A stretch of DNA of 37,935 bases from a virus, in IMG/VR virus record IMGVR_UViG_3300029258_003251; one strand, given 5' to 3'. The notes under the pieces were generated by a model that was not told the DNA's origin, made no database searches, and saw only the letters and a program-made list of their open reading frames with translations. The position numbers and the translations under genes were made by a program. Below, piece by piece: positions 33,528 through 37,935 of the stretch. Each line of letters opens with the position of its first letter. The stretch's first letter is position 1.

Positions 33528-34248
33528 GAAAGATTTATTAGATGACCTGTACTTTACTATTAACCAAAACTCAGACGACAAGTTTGTTTTCTTGGGGGAT
33601 CTTATAGACAGAGGGCCACAGTCTTGTGAAGTAATAGATACTGTAATGGGCATGATGCACAATTACTCTAATAGTGTTTTCTGTGTCTTGGGTAATCATG
33701 AAAGGCTTTGTCTTAATGCCTGCTTGAGAGCCAGCATAGAGGATGAGATCCTCTGGCAAATAAATGGCGGAGATGCCACTAAAGCGAGCTATCCTACTGC
33801 CAAGGTCTTTCAAGAGCATTTAGAATGGATGCTGCGCTTACCTCTTTACCATAAAGAGCAGGGCTTCTTTTTTTCTCATGCCCCCGTGCCAAGGGAAAGC
33901 TTTAGAGATCCACATATGAAGGGGAAAGAGTACTCAGAGCAAGAGCTAACTTGGACATATAACCGGGATGAGTTTGGTGTGGCTAAAGATTTTAAAGATG
34001 GCACAGTGGGTGTGTGTGGCCACATTCATATGCTGCACAGGGGAGTAATGGCCCCAAGGTTTTATCCGCATTATATTTATGCTGATTCTGGCTGTGGCTG
34101 TAGCTCTAATGCACCATTAGTGGCGGTTGAGGTAACTACTAGAGAGACATACTGGGCATGGCCAGAGGGAGTTGATGAAGAGACTAGAAATAGGATTGAA
34201 AAACAAACTTATATTGTGGCCAAAAGAAGCTTAGGAGAAAGTGCATGA
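33487..34248 (+). CDS. PPP-family Ser/Thr protein phosphatase (lambda-phosphatase/ApaH-like metallophosphoesterase).
   Basis: GDVHG, GDLIDRG and GNHE motifs in canonical order, plus a later GHIH. Confidence 0.9.
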   Translation: MSQKIFAIGDVHGRKDLLDDLYFTINQNSDDKFVFLGDLIDRGPQSCEVIDTVMGMMHNYSNSVFCVLGNHERLCLNACLRASIEDEILWQINGGDATKASYPTAKVFQEHLEWMLRLPLYHKEQGFFFSHAPVPRESFRDPHMKGKEYSEQELTWTYNRDEFGVAKDFKDGTVGVCGHIHMLHRGVMAPRFYPHYIYADSGCGCSSNAPLVAVEVTTRETYWAWPEGVDEETRNRIEKQTYIVAKRSLGESA

Positions 34249-34439
34249 TTAATAGATCAGAAATCCAAGTGCAGGATAAAGACTTAGAGAATGCTATCAA
34301 CTTGATTTGTGATACTCTTGAGGAAAACAAGGTTGATAAGGTGGTCGGGGCAGTAGCAATGGCTACCCTATTACAGGCGCTAAAAGAAGAGGGAGTAGAG
34401 GTGTGCTGCCAAGTGGTGGCTGAACAGGATCCCGATTAA
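34245..34439 (+). CDS. Small acidic hypothetical protein (64 aa).
   Basis: ATGA overlap with the phosphatase gene and TAATG coupling to the next gene. Confidence 0.55.
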   Translation: MINRSEIQVQDKDLENAINLICDTLEENKVDKVVGAVAMATLLQALKEEGVEVCCQVVAEQDPD

Positions 34440-34651
34440 TGCCATATAAGTATGTAAACATTGTTAAAGACGTGAGGAAAGCAAGGGGCTTAAGACAGAA
34501 AGATTTAGCTAAAGCTACAGGCATAAAACAATCAGAGATTAGCATGATAGAAAATACTGCTACTAAGCCTTGTGTGTATAAGGCCCTGCTTATAGCTAGG
34601 CGCTTAGGTATGTCTGTAGAGAAATTGTTTTGGGTTTTTAAAGATGAATAG
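34439..34651 (+). CDS. XRE/Cro-type helix-turn-helix regulator.
   Basis: LRQKDLAKATGIKQSEISMIENTATKPCVYKALLIARRLGMSVEKLF is a typical HTH_3 pattern. Confidence 0.8.
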   Translation: MPYKYVNIVKDVRKARGLRQKDLAKATGIKQSEISMIENTATKPCVYKALLIARRLGMSVEKLFWVFKDE

Positions 34652-34846
34652 ATTTCGCGGGCTTTGTGGGGCGATGGTACCTAACGCCGAATCGGGAATG
34701 CCCGGCCCGCGAAATACCCACCTATCGTTTTACGGTAGGTTACCCCCGGCCCGTGGCAGCGGGCGTGTTGAGTGAGTCAATAAAATAGGCGCTGTCATCC
34801 CTATTTGAGGCCTGAGAGGACCTGGGTGGGGAATCCAGGCGGGGGT
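34652..34846 (+). ncRNA. Candidate structured non-coding RNA or DNA element (GC-rich, multi-stem). The strand is inferred from the flanking genes.
   Basis: An 11-bp perfect helix (34652..34662 with 34705..34715) encloses two short hairpins. Further hairpins lie at 34720..34740, 34749..34764, 34783..34806 and 34821..34839. A 7-bp long-range pair joins ACCCCCG (34742) to CGGGGGT (34840). Confidence 0.4.
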
Positions 34847-34889
34847 TAAATATTTGGAGACGTTGCCTAATCTGTATTGAGGAAATATC

Positions 34890-34994
34890 ATGAGGGTCCA
34901 AATATTACTCTGTAATAAATGCGGACAGTGGGGCTATGTCGTATTTAAAAAAGGAAAAGCGATCTGTATTAAATGTCTGAAATTTATTTCATAA
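34890..34994 (+). CDS. Small zinc-ribbon ORF (34 aa), not in the ORF track.
   Basis: GAGGA lies 6 nt upstream of the ATG. It reads MRVQILLCNKCGQWGYVVFKKGKAICIKCLKFIS, with two CxxC pairs, and overlaps the next gene by 22 nt. Confidence 0.4.
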   Translation: MRVQILLCNKCGQWGYVVFKKGKAICIKCLKFIS

Positions 34995-35461
34995 GCGATC
35001 TGCACTTTGGCCACCTGAACTATAAAAGATTTGTGCCCTGGATAAAGGACATGGATCACGATGAGTACATAGAGCTAATGGTGGTAAGGTGGAATTCCGT
35101 AGTCAAAAAAAATGATGTGGTATGGGTGCTTGGAGATGTGGCCTTTAATGCTAAGGGGCTTATTACTTTTGATAGGCTCCTGGGCATTAAGCACCTGGTA
35201 AGAGGTAATCACGATAACTTAAGCACGCTCAGCTATCTGAAGTTTTTTAACAGTATCCAGGGTATTGTGAAAAAGCACAGCTACTGGCTTTCTCACTGCC
35301 CTATACATCCAGAGGAATTAAGAGGCAAGAAAAATATACACGGCCATGTACATCAGAATGAGTTAAAAGACAGAGATTATATTTATGTGGGGGCTGATAA
35401 GCTTGAGGGATATCCCATTAGCTTGAATCAGATTAGAAACCAGGAGAAAACAAATGAATAA
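34973..35461 (+). CDS. Calcineurin-like metallophosphoesterase (162 aa).
   Basis: SDLHFGH, LGDV, RGNHD and HGHVH motifs in order. Confidence 0.85.
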   Translation: MSEIYFISDLHFGHLNYKRFVPWIKDMDHDEYIELMVVRWNSVVKKNDVVWVLGDVAFNAKGLITFDRLLGIKHLVRGNHDNLSTLSYLKFFNSIQGIVKKHSYWLSHCPIHPEELRGKKNIHGHVHQNELKDRDYIYVGADKLEGYPISLNQIRNQEKTNE

Positions 35462-35708
35462 ACCTTTTATAATGTCACCAAGAGCCAATGAAATGGGCAA
35501 TCCAGTTAAGGGCAGTGTGAGAATTCCCTGCTCAAGATGTAACCAAGATTTATGGGTAAGCCCAGCCACCAATAAAACCAGGATAAGATTAGATGCCCAG
35601 GTAATATGTATACAGTGTTTATCTAGAGATGCTGAATTGGCCCAGCAAGTAACCTTTACTATGTCTAAAGAGCAGATGGCAGAGGTAGCTGAGCATGTGG
35701 CGGATTAA
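35454..35708 (+). CDS. Small zinc-binding protein.
   Basis: CSRCNQ...CIQC. It overlaps the upstream stop. Confidence 0.6.
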   Translation: MNKPFIMSPRANEMGNPVKGSVRIPCSRCNQDLWVSPATNKTRIRLDAQVICIQCLSRDAELAQQVTFTMSKEQMAEVAEHVAD

Positions 35709-35986
35709 ATCTCTTTTATCTTAACCAGCTTTTTAATCTTGAGTATGGCGGGCTTAAAGACACAATAGCTTTCACTATTATCATCATCTGGATTGCCATT
35801 AGTACACCAGGTAAGTATGTGCAGATAGTGCTCGGCCTCAGCCCATAGAATGCCCCATATCCTGCACTTCATAGGTAAAAGATTAGAGCCCCCACATTGG
35901 CTATGATCATAAAAGTCTACCTCTACCAGCCACTTATCTTTTTTGACTGTATAGCTCGCCATTAAAGACTGCCTTTCCTTTATCAA
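35705..35986 (-). CDS. Hypothetical protein (93 aa or shorter).
   Basis: ORF downstream of the - strand phosphoesterase. The start overlaps that gene, so it is uncertain. Confidence 0.5.
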   Translation of the reverse strand: MIKERQSLMASYTVKKDKWLVEVDFYDHSQCGGSNLLPMKCRIWGILWAEAEHYLHILTWCTNGNPDDDNSESYCVFKPAILKIKKLVKIKEI

Positions 35987-36674
35987 TGTTTACTATCTGT
36001 ATTGTGTAACCCCCCCTGTAAAACCATCCAATGGCAAAGGCATGGCACCAATCAGGCACATCCTCTACATAGGGAGCGGCTTTTTTAAAATCTCCAAGCC
36101 AGCCAATGTTATAGGCTTTGAGCACTTTCCCATCCCATGTGCGGGTAGTGTAGATCTGTACTCTATGAGTATGCCCAAACAGCACATCTGCGTGATATTT
36201 CTGGATCATATTAAAGCAGACGTGTTTAGAGCAGAGCGTGCCATGAGTGACTATGAGATCACGGATCTTGTAATAGCCCCCCTGGCCATATGGTATATAG
36301 CGCCATTTAGGATCAATGCCGAGTATGTCACGGGGCTTTAGGTAATTGATAAAGGCCGGGCATTTTTCTTCTATATACTTTAAGATTCTCTGTTCATGGT
36401 TACCCTCTAGGAAAGTGACTTTCCGACATTTTGAGGCTGCTACTATAGTATGGAGTAAATCGGTACAAGGACGCACCTCTTGATCAAAAAGGGCGTAGGC
36501 TTTTTGTGGGTTTTTCCGATATCGAGATAAGGAGTACACATCAAAAAAGTCACCCAAAAATACTATTTCCTTGGCATGTACCTGGGGAATAATATTCAGC
36601 AGGCATTTGATACTAGGCCAGTGTGGCCATTGGGCATGCACATCAGGCACAAATATTACAGGATAAGTATTCAT
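35934..36674 (-). CDS. Calcineurin-like metallophosphoesterase (246 aa).
   Basis: VPDVHA, LGDFFD, EGNHEQ, THG and FGHTH motifs in order. Confidence 0.85.
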   Translation of the reverse strand: MNTYPVIFVPDVHAQWPHWPSIKCLLNIIPQVHAKEIVFLGDFFDVYSLSRYRKNPQKAYALFDQEVRPCTDLLHTIVAASKCRKVTFLEGNHEQRILKYIEEKCPAFINYLKPRDILGIDPKWRYIPYGQGGYYKIRDLIVTHGTLCSKHVCFNMIQKYHADVLFGHTHRVQIYTTRTWDGKVLKAYNIGWLGDFKKAAPYVEDVPDWCHAFAIGWFYRGGYTIQIVNIDKGKAVFNGELYSQKR

Positions 36675-36700
36675 TGTATTTAGTGGTTTGGCTTGGGATA

Positions 36701-36730
36701 TTGCAGATCGTTAGATGCTAGTAATATGAT
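36701..36730 (+). promoter_or_regulatory. Weak sigma70-like promoter candidate for 36776..37051.
   Basis: TTGCAG, an 18-nt spacer, then TATGAT, in a divergent intergenic region. Confidence 0.3.
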
Positions 36731-36775
36731 ACTGGGAAATAGGATTTATTACCATCACACCGCATAGGGGGTTAA

Positions 36776-37051
36776 ATGGCTCAATATAAAAGAATCACAG
36801 AGACAGTAGAAGCTAAGAAATATGGTGCAGGCAAACCAAATGATATAAAAACCTGGCTAGCCCAGCTAACAATTTCCTTTGATCCTACTGCCCAAGTCAG
36901 TGAAACAGATAATATTTTCTTTAGGCAGGTAGGGGCCCTTGATACAGAGCAATTTTTTAAATTAGCAGAGGGTGAGTGGTTAATATGGGATGGCAGCAAT
37001 CTTTTTAAAATGTCTGATGCTGATTTCCTAGCTACCTATGAGCCTGTATGA
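36776..37051 (+). CDS. Hypothetical protein (91 aa).
   Basis: GGGGGTTAA RBS before the ATG. Confidence 0.6.
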   Translation: MAQYKRITETVEAKKYGAGKPNDIKTWLAQLTISFDPTAQVSETDNIFFRQVGALDTEQFFKLAEGEWLIWDGSNLFKMSDADFLATYEPV

Positions 37052-37120
37052 TTTGAGGTGTCAAGTTTTATCGGCAAAGGCCGGGGAATTTCCCTGATCA
37101 AAAATAGGGAAAAAGTTAAA

Positions 37121-37170
37121 GCCCCTATGAGATCCTATTGACTGTCACTCACAGGGGCTTACAATTTTTT
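37121..37170 (+). terminator. Candidate intrinsic terminator.
   Basis: GCCCCT-a-TGAG pairs with CTCA-c-AGGGGC (37121..37158), followed by TTACAATTTTTT. Confidence 0.4.
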
Positions 37171-37275
37171 CTAGGCTTAGGTGAATTCATTTCACCATTC
37201 ACGCCGCGTGTTATCAAGTAAAATCTTATGAGAGGTTATGATATTGCATGACACTCCATAGTAACAGGGGAACAA

Positions 37276-37413
37276 ATGGCACCACGTACTAGTCTTCAAA
37301 AGCAAGGCGTGGTTTCAGACAGCATGGGGGTTACCCGCAAGGGGAGAGGCAGAGCCTTTTGGAAATCCATTAGGAGAGTAATTAAGGACACCGAGCTAAT
37401 ACTTGGCTACTAG
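37276..37413 (+). CDS. Possible small basic ORF (45 aa) inside the large non-coding region.
   Basis: ATG preceded by CAGGGGAACAA. It reads MAPRTSLQKQGVVSDSMGVTRKGRGRAFWKSIRRVIKDTELILGY. There is no other support. Confidence 0.25.
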   Translation: MAPRTSLQKQGVVSDSMGVTRKGRGRAFWKSIRRVIKDTELILGY

Positions 37414-37520
37414 CTTTGGCTAGTGCACCTATGCCATCCTTGATAACGCAGTGTTCACATACCCCCCGTAGTGAGTGAGGTGTGCCCACAAAGGTTTATA
37501 GTCTTTTGTTAGTTTAAAGA

Positions 37521-37574
37521 GAGAGAGCCGGGGAGAAGGAGAGCGTTAGCACTCTCCCATCTCCCGGCTCTCTC
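37521..37574. repeat. Long imperfect inverted repeat (about 21 bp of pairing) with a polypurine 5' arm.
   Basis: GAGAGAGCCGGGGAGA..GGAGAG-cgttagca-CTCTCC..TCTCCCGGCTCTCTC. The outer stem has 15 bp with one bulged G, and the inner stem has 6 bp. Confidence 0.8.
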
Positions 37575-37782
37575 AATCTTTCTAATAGAGAATGAGGATG
37601 ATTCTATAGGCAGAGACATATAGAAAAAGAAAGGGCCTAACCGAGACAGTGGCTAGGCCCAATCGAGAGTTACCCGTTAGGGTATTCGGCACCCGTACTA
37701 ACCCCGTTATACTACGGGATATTGTGTCAAGTCAAAACAAGGGACAGTAAGGTGATACACACCGCGTCAAAGGAGAAAACAA

Positions 37783-37935
37783 ATGTATCAGATGTATGAG
37801 GTAGAATTACACAGGAATGGGGAAAAATTACTCAGTCACTATAAAACTGAGTTTGAAGCTAGATATAAGGCTGAGCCATATACCACAGACAAGGATGCCG
37901 AGATTACCAGATGGGCTGTGAAAGCCTTAAAGCCA
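37783..37935 (+). CDS. 5' part of a wrap-around hypothetical gene that continues as 1..420.
   Basis: ATG at 37783 is preceded by AAAGGAGAAAACAA. It reads MYQ then MYEVELH, in frame with position 1. Confidence 0.7.
   Translation, partial: MYQMYEVELHRNGEKLLSHYKTEFEARYKAEPYTTDKDAEITRWAVKALKP
37792..37935. repeat. Terminal direct duplication, copy 2 (identical to 1..144).
   Basis: Same comparison as copy 1. Unique genome length is 37935-144 = 37791 bp. Confidence 0.95.

Noticed and set aside
33324-34651. Calling the phage temperate on the basis of the RHH and XRE regulators.
   Set aside because: I saw no integrase, excisionase, attP-like site or CI-like repressor with a peptidase domain. Regulators alone are not sufficient.
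37630-37730. A cluster of short hairpins considered as a possible tRNA or tmRNA-like gene.
   Set aside because: No cloverleaf can be drawn. It lacks the GTTCRANNC T-loop, the D-loop GG and a 7-bp acceptor stem with the correct spacing.

Overview
The window is a complete tailed-phage genome that closes on itself. Bases 1..144 are repeated exactly at 37792..37935, so the unique length is 37,791 bp and the first ORF really starts at 37783, behind its own Shine-Dalgarno sequence. All functional calls below come from reading motifs by eye. No database search or folding program was run.

Layout:
(i) A + strand early block (37783 wrapping to about 5173). It holds a wrap-around zinc-ribbon ORF, two Sec-signal proteins, a Bet/RecT-type annealase, an Ala/Tyr tandem-repeat protein and small ORFs.
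(ii) A - strand block (5170..9156). It holds small zinc-ribbon, lipoprotein and DnaJ-finger genes behind a near-consensus sigma70 promoter, with an upstream 6 x 11-bp tandem repeat. It also carries a ParB-domain DNA methyltransferase and an HNH remnant.
(iii) A long + strand late operon (9208..29110). In order: small and large terminase, portal, scaffold, major capsid, connectors, major tail protein, G/GT tail chaperones with an A_AAA_AAG -1 frameshift site, tape measure, distal tail/hub/fibre genes, an M15-like endolysin, a lipoprotein and a holin-like gene.
(iv) A mosaic accessory region with alternating strands (29.1..37.8 kb). It holds a VRR-NUC nuclease, an HTH gene, RHH and XRE regulators, three metallophosphoesterases, a GC-rich structured non-coding element and a ~730-bp ORF-poor, hairpin-rich region.

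I found no tRNA, CRISPR array, integrase or DNA polymerase.

The most interesting item sits in region (iv): a four-gene ubiquitin-like conjugation cassette (66-aa Ubl, E2-like, JAB/MPN, ThiF/E1) at 30333..33199. It has the gene order of bacterial Bil-type antiphage operons but is carried by the phage itself.
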